Below, one piece after another: positions 48,397 to 58,287 of a stretch of 64,000 nt of DNA (the stretch's first letter is position 1; every line of letters begins with the position of its first letter). Source of the DNA: an uncultured Gammaproteobacteria bacterium. Lineage in GTDB: Bacteria > Pseudomonadota > Gammaproteobacteria > Competibacterales > Competibacteraceae. The notes beneath the pieces were generated by a model. It ran no database searches. It was not told the DNA's origin and saw only the letters and a list, made by a program, of their open reading frames with translations. The stretch covers positions 47,710 to 111,709 of the forward strand of contig CAVQSJ010000036.1 of NCBI GenBank assembly GCA_963715845.1, in the 5' to 3' direction. The translations under genes and the position numbers were made by a program.

Positions 48397-49084
48397 ATCG
48401 GGTCGGGCTGACGGGATTGCGCCCGTCAGCCCTCCCACACCACCGGACATGCGGTTTTCCGCATCCGGCGGTTGAGCCCAGCGGGCTTAGCCCGCGAGCA
48501 CCCACGGTAGAGTGAATTACTGATGTCTACCGTGTTGCTCATTGAACCTCTTCTGACGTCTGTGCTCGCTGTCCGCCGCGACTCGATGGGCACGTGCCGC
48601 CCCTCCGCAGGAATCCACCTGCTCGGCTTGGCCCGCCGGTCCGGGAGCTGCCGCAGTTGCCGCTCCGAACCCGTGTCGCCCGTCTCCGTGCCGCTGGGAA
48701 CGGATGCAGACTGTGGTCCTCTCGTGACTCTTCGGCCCTTCGCTCGACCGGCCTTTCGGCCGGTGTCCACACTACTACGGCCTCTGCTGACTCCTGGCAC
48801 GCTCTCACGCGTCAGGTCTCCCCGAGTAAGAACAGATACTTTCGACCCGTGCCGCCAGGCTCTACCGGATACGTCTTTCGGTGACGGTTGGATTTCGCGT
48901 TCCCTAGCACGCTCATCGCCCGTACCCGGCCTCACTGCCTGTTCGTGTTCCTGCGGTCGTGTCTTGGCTACGCCCTTCTTTCAGCTTGGCCTCGCGGCTT
49001 CCACCTTGGGTTTCGCTACGCTTCTCGTCACTCTTCGCGGTTACCTCCTCTCAGGTAACAAGTACATGCCCATGTCGGGCACAC
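48397..49084 (-). mobile_element. ORF-less bacterial group IIC intron ribozyme (domains I-VI; ~688 nt)
   Basis: On the minus strand the 5' end GUGUGCCCGACAUGGGCAUG matches the group II GUGYG + CCCxGAxAxGGG start. Internal blocks (CUUACUCGGGGAGACCUG...AGUCAGCAGAGGCCGUAGUA; GGAACACGAAC) resemble IIC introns such as the O. iheyensis intron. There are many GNRA-closed helices. Domain V is ACCGCCGGAUGCGG-AAAA-CCGCAUGUCCGGUGGU, with a 2-nt bulge and a CGC triad, and is followed by GGUGUG. Domain VI is a hairpin followed by ...GACCCGAU. No RT ORF is present on either strand. Confidence 0.55.
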
Positions 49085-49086
49085 TA

Positions 49087-49112
49087 GGTTGGGGTGACGA
49101 AGGAACCCCAAC
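49087..49112 (-). terminator. terminator-like hairpin (gttggggttccttcgtcaccccaac on the minus strand) located 2 nt upstream of the intron's 5' end
   Basis: Perfect 7-bp G/C-rich stem; a second similar hairpin lies at 49137-49162. IIC introns characteristically insert just after such hairpins. Confidence 0.4.
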
Positions 49113-49785
49113 ATTAAATTCCATCGCCAGCAATCAGTTGGGGTTCGCAAGCTCACCCCAACCTACAAAATTTGCGACCTGTACGATTAGAAAAAAAATC
49201 AGCATAATCAAAGACTATAGTCTTACCGCCAGAGGTAGCCAGCATGCGCAATATCATAGTCAGCATCAACGTGGGGTTTAGGGAAATAGAAAATCTTGCC
49301 ACGGAAAGCGATGGCGTTGAAAGAATGGATGACGGGTCATTTAGAATGGTTCTTGACCATCAAGCCGAATTCAATATCGACCGCTTGGAAAACGCGCTGC
49401 TGCAAACCAGCTACCCGGCGTTACGGAAGGCCTTGTCCGACCATTCTCGAACGGGCCTCTAAAAAAAAGCCTGCGAAATGATCAGCCTCGCTGGGAGCGG
49501 CCGCGTTGAAGAACATCCCAATCTTTACCAGGTGGATGGGGAGGTCGGGCGGTTCACCTTCAAGACCTACGACGTAGAAGGCGAAGATGGAAAGCCTCGA
49601 TTTGAGGGCATCGAGCTGTTTCCCCCATGCCACGGACGGCAGTGGTACCAGACCCATGGATTCAAAGAGATCGCGTTGTTGTGTGGGGCCGCGCAACGCA
49701 GTTACCGACAAACCACCAGCCCTTTTAACGTGGTTATAAATCAATGACTTAGTTAAAGTCACTGACCTTAACTTCAGGAGGTCGC

Positions 49786-51144
49786 TCAATCCTTCCTCGC
49801 AAGGAGTCTCGCAGTAGATACATGAGGTTTTCCAACAAATTGGTTCTTAGGTTTCGCCGGTTGCTTGGGACCTCGCTTGCTCTTTTTAAATCTCCACAGT
49901 TCTATTTTTAATGCGAAATCAATCAATAGCTGACTAACTTCTTGAGTACTTCCATCCCTGAAAACCGTCCATTCCTGATCCTCAACAATCAGGACCATGC
50001 CGGTATAAGTCGCTGAGATTTCTTCGGCAATGTAATAGTCCGAAATCTCATCATTAATGGCTTCATCGGGGTAAGCAGCACGCAACGCCGCCATCACCAC
50101 TGCATAAACATTAAAGGCCACCAGCGCCAAGCAAAACCCAAATAAAGCCGCTTTTGGATAACCGAGAGTATTGATCTCCGAATGGAAATATTTTTCTAAT
50201 TTTTGGAAAGCAGTTTCAATTCCCCAGCGGTGTCTGTAAAGCTCAGCCACTTGCAGTCCATCGACAACTTCTGGGAGAAGGTTCGTGAAGATCGCGATGG
50301 TCTTTTCTCCATCTCGGGTCGGGTTTTTTAGGTAAACAATCAGGCGCCGCGCCTCATAGGTTTGCCCCCCAGACGAACTCAGTTCGACCGGTTGTTCAAA
50401 CACCCTCCCGGTTGCACTGTTACCCACAAATTTCTCTTCAGACAATGGCTTATACGGCATATTCTGATGATGGCGAATCACGAAATACGCCCCTTTATCG
50501 TGGATCCCCCAGAGGAAATCCTGCACACAAAAATTGCGGTCAGCGATCCAAATTTCTTTCGGTTGAACCGTTTCTAAGACTTGATCCAATAATGCCCTCT
50601 CTTGCGTATAAGCATCCTCACACGGAAAAACATTGATCGCTAGCTCAACCTCAGGATCAAAAACCACTAACGATTTTCCCGGCAAAGCTCCCGCTTTCGT
50701 GCCGCGAAGAACCTGAAGACGGTGTTCCGTCTTTTCTATACAATTCCCATCTAATAATCTGACTTTGTAGCCCGGAACCCACGGCGGATTGGTTCCGTTC
50801 ATCTCGCGGATAATGCTCTCGGCTTCACCAGCAATATAGCGCACAATTCCCGCCGAGGTTTGGGTTTCAACCCCTTTCAACTTATTATAAACCGCAACCA
50901 CCGAATTACTAATGAAATCCGAATGCCGATAGGCTGCATGGACACTGTTCCGGATGCGACACACCACATGCAGCATCAAATAAACTAAGGAGGAAAACAG
51001 AATATGTCGGGTATATTGTACTTGGCAGTTGGTATTAAACCACTCATCTATTTTCTCCTTGGCTAACAGACGCTCTAATAAACCATGCACCATAACCGTG
51101 ACAGGACTCTTCTCCGAAAACTTCTGCAAAATAACTCCAAGCAT
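49786..51144 (-). CDS. DDE transposase, IS4-like superfamily (the IS spans ~49.75-51.25 kb, AT-rich)
   Basis: 452-aa ORF with ...YRHRWGIETAFQKLEKYF (the YREK-type C-terminal motif of IS4-family Tnp); a sharp GC drop across the element. Confidence 0.85.
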   Translation of the reverse strand: MLGVILQKFSEKSPVTVMVHGLLERLLAKEKIDEWFNTNCQVQYTRHILFSSLVYLMLHVVCRIRNSVHAAYRHSDFISNSVVAVYNKLKGVETQTSAGIVRYIAGEAESIIREMNGTNPPWVPGYKVRLLDGNCIEKTEHRLQVLRGTKAGALPGKSLVVFDPEVELAINVFPCEDAYTQERALLDQVLETVQPKEIWIADRNFCVQDFLWGIHDKGAYFVIRHHQNMPYKPLSEEKFVGNSATGRVFEQPVELSSSGGQTYEARRLIVYLKNPTRDGEKTIAIFTNLLPEVVDGLQVAELYRHRWGIETAFQKLEKYFHSEINTLGYPKAALFGFCLALVAFNVYAVVMAALRAAYPDEAINDEISDYYIAEEISATYTGMVLIVEDQEWTVFRDGSTQEVSQLLIDFALKIELWRFKKSKRGPKQPAKPKNQFVGKPHVSTARLLARKD

Positions 51145-51296
51145 GGCCCACTCTCTCGCTTTATGTTAAAAACTATATTTTACAATATGTTAGAATCACA
51201 TTAAAAGAGCTGCGACAAACCACCCAAGGGTTCAACCGCAGCCGCCATCAAGAATCTGGTGGCACACCTCTGAACACGTTACGCGATGGCGCACAG

Positions 51297-52367
51297 GTGG
51301 AAGGGCTGAAGGTCATTGATTTTCTGACCAGAAAAAGCCAAAGCATACTCAAGGAACACGGATTTGATCCGCGCGGGGTGCCGGGGTCGGAATGCGCGGC
51401 CCTCCAGCAGATCAAGGAACCGGCCAATGTTGAAGCAAAGGCGCTGCAACCGGCGCTGGCCGCCGTTTGCAAGGACATGGGTAAAAAAGGCTTTTCCGCG
51501 GCGGACATCGAACAAGCGCGGGAAACCCTCGGCGCCAAGAAACCCTATGAACTAGCCGTGCGCTGCGTCTACATCCACCTCGACGACGTGGGGGTCAAGG
51601 AACAAAAACCGCACCGGAATAAACCGGGTGCGGCCCAAGAACCTGTTGCAGATCAAAAGGATACGGCAAAGGGTAACCGCCCGACGGTCCAAAACACGGT
51701 CGCGCACATTCAAAATGCCAACAAAAGCTTTACCTTGACGGGCCGAAGCGTCGCCGAGGTTTTACGGTTCGTCTTGGGGTTCTTGCTGAACAACGCCTTG
51801 CTGGGCCTGAATCTCAAGGTCTGCATCGATGGTCAGCGTAGCCTTCAAGATGCGATCCTCCGCTTTTTTTCATGGCACCCCCATTTGACCTTGTTGCTGG
51901 ACTGGTTCCATGTGGTCAAGAAATTCAAGGAGGACTTGAGTCTGGCGTGTAAGGGGCGGGAAATCCGCAACCGCCATCTCAAGAACCTACTGACGCTGCT
52001 GTGGTTTGGTTTGATCGACAAGGCCCAGGCGTATTTGGTGGCCATGACCGCAACGGACATCAAAGACGACCAGGCCATCGCCCGGCTCATTGCTTACTTG
52101 GAACGCAACCGCCAATGGATTCCGTGCTACGCCATGCGGAGCAAGCTGGGGTTGCCGAATTCCAGCAATCCAGTGGAACGGTGCAATAACTGGGTGACCG
52201 CCAGGCGTCAAAAACACCACGGGATGAGTGGGTCTGAAAAGGGGTCGTATGCATTGACCTCATTAGCGGCGGTCACCCTCAACAACGCAACGCGGCAATG
52301 GATAGAAAACCGCACTATCCCTTTTACGTGGGTGGTTAAAGCGGCTAAAGCGGTTAAAGCGGCTTAG
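51297..52367 (+). CDS. DDE transposase, tentatively ISKra4-like, apparently lacking its N-terminal region
   Basis: Candidate DDE residues are YIHLDDVG, CIDGQRSLQ and NPVERCNNWV. At 356 aa it is short for the family, and it starts just after the IS4-like element, which suggests disruption. The family call is from memory and is uncertain. Confidence 0.5.
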   Translation: MEGLKVIDFLTRKSQSILKEHGFDPRGVPGSECAALQQIKEPANVEAKALQPALAAVCKDMGKKGFSAADIEQARETLGAKKPYELAVRCVYIHLDDVGVKEQKPHRNKPGAAQEPVADQKDTAKGNRPTVQNTVAHIQNANKSFTLTGRSVAEVLRFVLGFLLNNALLGLNLKVCIDGQRSLQDAILRFFSWHPHLTLLLDWFHVVKKFKEDLSLACKGREIRNRHLKNLLTLLWFGLIDKAQAYLVAMTATDIKDDQAIARLIAYLERNRQWIPCYAMRSKLGLPNSSNPVERCNNWVTARRQKHHGMSGSEKGSYALTSLAAVTLNNATRQWIENRTIPFTWVVKAAKAVKAA

Positions 52368-52410
52368 GTTAATCGTACAGGTCGAAAATTTGGGGGTTTT
52401 CGTTCAGACA

Positions 52411-52668
52411 CTAGTTATTCTGCTTCAGCGCAGCCAACCCCTGCTGATTGAGGGCGCGGGCTTCCTTCACGTTCTGGTGGGCCGGCCTGGAGACGCCCTC
52501 CAACTGTTGCCGGGTCGCGTTCAAACCCGTCTCATCGTTGTTGACCGATTGGCCCAGCATCCGCTGGACCTGGCCAAACACGGTGTCGTACTGGCCGGCC
52601 TGAACCGGCGCAGCCAGATTCAACGATGCAATCAGTATCAGTATTTTCAGTGTCTTGCTCATTGCCAC
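52411..52668 (-). CDS. small secreted hypothetical protein
   Basis: Signal-peptide-like MAMSKTLKILILIASLNLAAPVQA; 85 aa. Confidence 0.35.
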   Translation of the reverse strand: MAMSKTLKILILIASLNLAAPVQAGQYDTVFGQVQRMLGQSVNNDETGLNATRQQLEGVSRPAHQNVKEARALNQQGLAALKQNN

Positions 52669-52684
52669 GCCCTCCCGCTGTGCT

Positions 52685-53425
52685 CTATTTCCGCCGTTGC
52701 AGGAATCGCGTCACTTCCAGCGCGAACGACTCCGCGCGCCAGGTGTTGGTCGCGGTGACATGGGTCGCGCAGGGCATGACCCAGAGCCCACAGTTGGGAA
52801 TCGCTCCGAACATCTCCAGAATCTGATCCAGCGGCGCCACCGGGTCCCGGTCGCCGACCACGAGCAACGTCGGCTGGGTGATGCGATCCAGAATTTCCAG
52901 ATCGTGCGCATGGTCGGTGGTGGCCGGTTCCAACGCCTCCGACACCCGGCCGATCACCGCCTCCCAGGCGTCCGGCCCGCCCTGCGGCCGGTGGACATCG
53001 CTCAGCCACTTGTGCATGCCGACGCCGCGCCAGTAGGCCGGATCGGCCATGTCGCGGGTGCCGGCGCGGGTCTCCTCGTCCTTGCGGTAACCGACCCGGT
53101 ACAGCACCAGCTTGCTCACCCGCTCGGGATGATGGATGGTGAGCCACAGCGCCACCGCGCCGCCCATCGACGATCCCACCAAACCCGCCTGGGGTAGACC
53201 CAGTTCGTCCAGCAATTCCAGCACGGCGCAGCCCATATCGCCGACGGTCAGTTTCTCGGCCACCATCGGGCTGCGGCCATGCCCCAGATGGTCTGGCACA
53301 ATCACCCGGAAATTTCGCGCGAACAACGGGATTTGCGGCTTCCACTCCGCGCCGCTCATGCCGCCGCTGTGCAACAGGAACAGCGGATCGCCCTGGCCGC
53401 TTTCGGTGTAATGCAAGGTGGCCAT
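52685..53425 (-). CDS. alpha/beta-hydrolase-fold protein
   Basis: HG oxyanion motif (FLLHSGG) and nucleophile elbow GSSMGG; the start was chosen at MATLHYTE. Confidence 0.75.
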   Translation of the reverse strand: MATLHYTESGQGDPLFLLHSGGMSGAEWKPQIPLFARNFRVIVPDHLGHGRSPMVAEKLTVGDMGCAVLELLDELGLPQAGLVGSSMGGAVALWLTIHHPERVSKLVLYRVGYRKDEETRAGTRDMADPAYWRGVGMHKWLSDVHRPQGGPDAWEAVIGRVSEALEPATTDHAHDLEILDRITQPTLLVVGDRDPVAPLDQILEMFGAIPNCGLWVMPCATHVTATNTWRAESFALEVTRFLQRRK

Positions 53426-53525
53426 ACCGGCATCCTCTTTCGATGGTGAATGGCGGCTTATTATAGCCACCCCGCTGCGCTTGCCCGATAATGCGGCGAC
53501 AATCACCACAAGAGAGAACTGGTCC

Positions 53526-54377
53526 ATGGCGATGACATCCCACACCTACCGCGCGCTCGGTCCCCACGGCTTCCACCGGGTTCACTACACCGAATGGGGC
53601 GAACCCGACAATCCCAAGGTGCTGATCTGCGTCCACGGCCTGACCCGCACCGCGCGCGACTTCGACTTCCTGGCCGCCGCGCTGGAACATGAGTACCGGG
53701 TAATCTGCCCGGACGTGGTCGGGCGCGGCAAGAGCGACTGGCTGGACGACAAGACCGACTACACCTACCCGCTCTACGTCAACGACTTGGCCATGCTGCT
53801 GGCGCGGATCGACGCCAAGCGGATCGACTGGGTCGGCACCTCGATGGGCGGCTTGATCGGCATTTTTCTAGCCAGCTATCCGGGTACGCCGATTCACAAA
53901 CTGGTGGTCAACGACGTCGGGCCGCGCATTCCCGCCGCTGGTCTGAAACGGGTCGCCGACTACGTCGGACAGGTGGTCGCCTATGACAGTTTCGAAGCCT
54001 TGGATCGCGCTCTGCGCGTCTACGCCGCCACATTCGGCAAGCTGACGGAGGAGCAGTGGCGACACATGCTCATCCACAGCTCCCGGCAATTGGAAGACGG
54101 GCGCTATACGACGGGCTATGACCCTGGCATTGCCGACAACTTCAAGAATATGGAACTGAAGGACATCGACCTATGGCCGGTCTGGGACAGCATCCGCTGC
54201 CCAACCCTGGTGCTGCGCGGGGTGTATTCCGACGTGCTGGATCACCCCGACGCCGTCGCCATGACCGAGCGTGGTCCCAAGGCCAAATTGATCGAATTCC
54301 CTGGCATGGGTCACGCCCCGGCGCTGATGGCCGACGATCAAATTGCGGTGGTACGCGACTGGTTGCTGGCGGATTGA
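53526..54377 (+). CDS. alpha/beta-hydrolase-fold protein
   Basis: VHGLTRTARDF and GTSMGG nucleophile elbow; encoded divergently from the previous hydrolase. Confidence 0.75.
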   Translation: MAMTSHTYRALGPHGFHRVHYTEWGEPDNPKVLICVHGLTRTARDFDFLAAALEHEYRVICPDVVGRGKSDWLDDKTDYTYPLYVNDLAMLLARIDAKRIDWVGTSMGGLIGIFLASYPGTPIHKLVVNDVGPRIPAAGLKRVADYVGQVVAYDSFEALDRALRVYAATFGKLTEEQWRHMLIHSSRQLEDGRYTTGYDPGIADNFKNMELKDIDLWPVWDSIRCPTLVLRGVYSDVLDHPDAVAMTERGPKAKLIEFPGMGHAPALMADDQIAVVRDWLLAD

Positions 54378-54380
54378 AGC

Positions 54381-55261
54381 GTGCTGCTGCGTATCGCCGG
54401 GATCGTCTTCCCGGTGTTCGCCGTAGCCGGCATCGGCTGGCTGTACGCCGGCTGGAAGCGGCCCGATCTGACGGTCGTCAACGATCTCAACATGGACGTG
54501 CTCGCCCCCTTGTTGGTGTTCTGGGCGCTGACCGCCAAGCCGTTCAGCGCCCTTGAATTTCTGGACCTGAGCCTCGGCGGAACGGCGGTGACCCTTGGCT
54601 CCGGCCTGCTGCTGTTGCCGGTGATCCCGCTGCTGAAGGTGCAACTCAAGACCTTCCTGCCGCCCATGATGTTCACCAATACTGGCAACATGGGCATTCC
54701 GCTGGCGCTGTTCGCTTTTGGCGAAGCGGCGCTGCGAGCGGCGGTGCTGTTGTTCATCATTGAGGTAGTGCTGCATTTCACGGTCGGGCTGTACATCATG
54801 GACCACCGCACCCGACCCTGGGAACTGCTGCGAATGCCGATCATCGTGGCGCTGCTGGCCGGACTGGTTTGCGCCTTTGGGGGTTGGTCGCCGCCGACGC
54901 CGGTGCTGGATACCTTGAAGTTGCTGGGCGAGGCATCGATTCCGCTGATGCTGTTCGCTCTGGGCGCGCGGTTCTGCGAGGTCGGTTTTGGCGACTGGCG
55001 GATCGGGCTGTGGGGTGCGCGCTGCTGTGCCCGCTGTCGGGCGTGATCGCGGCGCTGCTGGTCCGACCGTGGCTGGATTTGTCGGCGATGCAGACCAGCC
55101 AATTGCTGCTGTACGGGGCACTGCCGCCGGCGGTCATGAACTACCTGGTCGCCGAACGCTACGGGCAGGAACCGGAGAAGGTCGCCGCTATCGTGCTGGT
55201 CGGCAACCTGGGCAGCCTGGTTGCGGTGCCGGCGACATTGTATTTCGCCTTGCCGCACTGA
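54381..55261 (+). CDS. AEC-family (auxin efflux carrier-like) transporter, frame broken near 54990
   Basis: The track ORFs 54381..55046 and 54869..55261 together make a typical ~300-aa AEC protein; the frame switches between ...RIGLWG and ALLCPLSGVIAALLV. Confidence 0.65.
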
Positions 55262-55264
55262 AGC

Positions 55265-56176
55265 TCAGACTGCCCGACGCCCATAAACCGTCGCCAGCCA
55301 GATACCCAGCGCGATCAGGGCGATGCCGGCGGCATGGAAGGCGTACAGCCGCTCGCCCAGAAAGATCATCGCCAGCACCGCGCCGAAAGCCGGCATCAGG
55401 TGTAAAAACTGGCCGGTGCGGTTGGCGCCCAATTCCGCCACCGCCCGATTCCAGAAGATGTAGGCGAGAATCGAAGGAAACAGCGCCAGATACAGGATGC
55501 TGCCCACGGTCGCGGCGTTGACTGCGACGGTGCGGCCCTGGACCAGATCCCAACCGTACAGCGGCGTCAGGATCGCCATCCCGATCAGCATGGTCGCGGC
55601 CTGAAAGTTCAGCGGCCTGAGTTCCGCCGGTCGCCAACGCAGGCAAACCGAATACAGCGCCCAACTGGTCACCGCCGCCAGTATCCACAAATCGCCGGGG
55701 TTGAACTGGCGGGCCAGCAATGCCCCCACATCGCCCTGGCCGACGATCACCAGCACCCCGGCCAGCGAGACCCCGATACCCAGCCCCTGCCAGCCGGTCA
55801 CGGTCTGGCGCAGCAGCAGGAACGACAGCGCCACGATCAGCACCGGCGTCACCGACAGCATGATCACGGCGTTGGTGGCGGTGGTCGATTGCAGACCGAT
55901 GTAGACAAAAGTGTTGAAGTTGACTACGCCGAGGATGCTGAGTAGCAGCAAAATCGGCCCGTGCCGGCGAACTAGCGACCCCTGTTCGCGCAGAGACGCC
56001 CACACGAACGGCAACAGAATCGCCAGCGCAACGACCCAGCGCCAGAATGACAAGGTGAACGGGGTAAAGACGGCATGCACCGCCCGCCCCAGCACAAAAT
56101 TGCCGGACCAGAACAGGGTGGTCAGCACCAGCAGCAGATAAGGCGAGGGATGCCAGGCGGTCAAGGAATTCAGCAT
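55265..56176 (-). CDS. DMT-superfamily transporter (two EamA domains)
   Basis: Ten predicted TM helices and the duplicated EamA pattern (FWSGNFV...; ...LYLALFPSILAYIFWNRAV). Confidence 0.8.
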   Translation of the reverse strand: MLNSLTAWHPSPYLLLVLTTLFWSGNFVLGRAVHAVFTPFTLSFWRWVVALAILLPFVWASLREQGSLVRRHGPILLLLSILGVVNFNTFVYIGLQSTTATNAVIMLSVTPVLIVALSFLLLRQTVTGWQGLGIGVSLAGVLVIVGQGDVGALLARQFNPGDLWILAAVTSWALYSVCLRWRPAELRPLNFQAATMLIGMAILTPLYGWDLVQGRTVAVNAATVGSILYLALFPSILAYIFWNRAVAELGANRTGQFLHLMPAFGAVLAMIFLGERLYAFHAAGIALIALGIWLATVYGRRAV

Positions 56177-56221
56177 GGTGGGAACGTGGCGTTTCTTGTT
56201 GATTGTAGGTACAATTAACCC

Positions 56222-56500
56222 ATGATCACCTGGGATGAACCGAAACGCCAGGAGAGCCTGCGCAAGCACAGGCTGGACTTCGCCGGCTGTGAAGCCGTGT
56301 TCAATCATCCAGTCGTCACTTGGGATGATGACCGCGAAGCCTATCACGAACAGCGCCTGAATCTGATCGGCTGGCTGAACGGTTGGCTGGTCCGTTTAAC
56401 CTACACAGAGCGCGGCGAGAATTTACACGTCATCTCACTGCGCAAGGCAGAGAAACATGACATCCGACGTTATCAAAAGATCTTTCCCCACCACCCCTGA
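56222..56500 (+). CDS. brnT: BrnT-family toxin (DUF497)
   Basis: MITWDEPKRQESLRKHRLDF...RVISLRKAEKHD is the BrnT signature. Confidence 0.8.
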   Translation: MITWDEPKRQESLRKHRLDFAGCEAVFNHPVVTWDDDREAYHEQRLNLIGWLNGWLVRLTYTERGENLHVISLRKAEKHDIRRYQKIFPHHP

Positions 56501-56795
56501 AGAGTGGGAAGCGCTGATTGCGGAAGCGCCAGGTGATGACACGCCACTCGACCCCGAAGAAGAACGCCGATTCTGGGAAAATGCGGTCGTGGTTTACGAA
56601 GGCGGCCCTGACGCCGTCCGCGCGGCGCTGGCGGCCAAACGCCGCGCCGGCCAGCGCGGCAAGCAAAAAGCGCCTACCAAGCAGCGGATCACGCTCCGCC
56701 TGTCGCCCGAGGTGCTGGCTCACTTCCGCGCCACCGGCAGGGGCTGGCAAACCCGCATGGATGCAGCCCTGCGCGAGTGGATCGCACGGCAATGA
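56457..56795 (+). CDS. brnA: BrnA-family antitoxin (DUF4415, RHH-like)
   Basis: The C-terminus RITLRLSPEVLAHFRATGRGWQTRMDAALREWI is typical; the gene overlaps the brnT 3' end. Confidence 0.75.
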   Translation: MTSDVIKRSFPTTPEEWEALIAEAPGDDTPLDPEEERRFWENAVVVYEGGPDAVRAALAAKRRAGQRGKQKAPTKQRITLRLSPEVLAHFRATGRGWQTRMDAALREWIARQ

Positions 56796-56867
56796 CCGGT
56801 TGGGTTCAAATCCTGTCTGCGCGGATCGAATCCTCCGCTGAATCATACGCAACTTTCGGATACCCTG

Positions 56868-58287
56868 ATGTCCCAACGTATGCAACACGCTCAAGCCCCC
56901 TGGACGCCGGCAAGCTGGCGGGACAAACCGGCGGCGCAACTGCCGGATTACGACGATGTTCCGACGCTGGCCGAGGTTGAGGAACGCTTGGCCCACTCGC
57001 TGCCGCTGGTGTTCGCGGGCGAAATTCGCACCCTGCGCCAGCAATTGACCGAGGTCGCCGCCGGTCGGGCATTCCTGCTCCAAGGCGGCGACTGCGCCGA
57101 GAGCTTCGCCGACTTCCGCGAGTCCACGATCACCGACACCTTCCGGGTGTTGTTGCAAATGGCGGTTATTTTGACCTTCGCCGCCGCCTGCCCGGTGGTC
57201 AAAGTCGGGCGGATGGCCGGGCAGTTCGCCAAGCCGCGCAGCGCGCCGACCGAAACCCGCGCCGGCGTGACCCTGCCCAGCTATCGGGGCGATATCGTCA
57301 ACGATCTCGACTTCAGCACCGGAAGCCCGCCGACCCGATCCGCGCCGGCAGTTGCGCGCCTACTCGCAGTCGGCGGCGACCTTGAACCTGCTGCGAGCGC
57401 TGGCGCAGGGAGGTTTCGCCGATCTGCACCGAGTGCAGCAATGGAATTTGGAATTTCTGCGGGCCAGTCCCCAAGGCGAACGTTACCGCGATCTCGCCAA
57501 CCGCATCAGCGAAACGCTGGCCTTCATGCGCGCCTGCGGGCTGGACACCGCCACCGATCCCCAGGTGCGGCAGGTGCAGTTCTACACTTCGCATGAGGCG
57601 TTGTTGCTGGGTTACGAACAGGCCCTGACCCGGCGCGAACCGACAACCGGCGATTGGTACGACGGCTCGGCGCATTTCCTGTGGATCGGCGAGCGCACCC
57701 GGCAACTGGACGGCGCGCACGTCGAATTCGCCCGCGGCATTGCCAATCCCATCGGTCTCAAGCTGGGGCCGACGGTTGACCCCGACACCTTGTTGCGGCT
57801 GTTGGATGCGCTGAACCCCAACGACCAGCCCGGCCGGCTGACCCTGATCAGCCGGATGGGCGCGGCCAAAATCGAAACCGCGCTGCCGCTGCTGATCCGG
57901 GCGGTTCAGCGCGAGGGCCGGCAGGTCGTGTGGTCTTGCGATCCCATGCACGGCAATACTCAGGAAGCCAGCACCGGCTACAAGACCCGCCCGTTCGTCC
58001 GCATTCTCGACGAAGTACGGCAATTCTTCGCTATCCATCGCGCCGAGGGCAGCATTCCGGGCGGGATGCACTTCGAGCTGACCGGCCAGGACGTAACCGA
58101 ATGTCTGGGGGGCGCACAGGCGATCACCGAGCAGGGTTTGGCCGACCGTTATCACACGCTCTGCGATCCACGCCTGAACGCCTCGCAAAGTCTGGAACTG
58201 GCGTTTCTGATTGCCGAGACCTTGAAGGATTACCGGCGGGCGATGCGGGTGGATGTTGATGGGACCGAGGTGGACGGCGATCCATGA
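56868..58287 (+). CDS. 3-deoxy-7-phosphoheptulonate (DAHP) synthase, class II, frame broken near 57320
   Basis: The track ORFs 56868..57596 and 57352..58287 join to give a class II AroA-like protein (...[14 protein letters not shown] | (S)[37 protein letters not shown]...). Confidence 0.75.

Noticed and set aside
48400-49100. Considered RNase P RNA, tmRNA or rRNA fragments to explain the long pyrimidine-rich non-coding stretch
   Set aside because: The conserved RNase P P4 block (AGGAAAGUCCGGGCUCC) and the tmRNA tag/acceptor sequences are absent. The group II intron 5' end, domain V and IIC-like internal blocks fit much better.
49244-49747. two small plus-strand ORFs (72 and 89 aa) between the intron and the IS4-like element
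   Set aside because: No recognisable domains or RBS. They are likely remnants within the insertion hotspot.
56795-56868. possible tRNA gene (GGTTCAAATCC / GGATCGAATCC T-loop-like motifs)
   Set aside because: No acceptor, D or anticodon stems can be paired around either motif. It is treated as a remnant or chance match.
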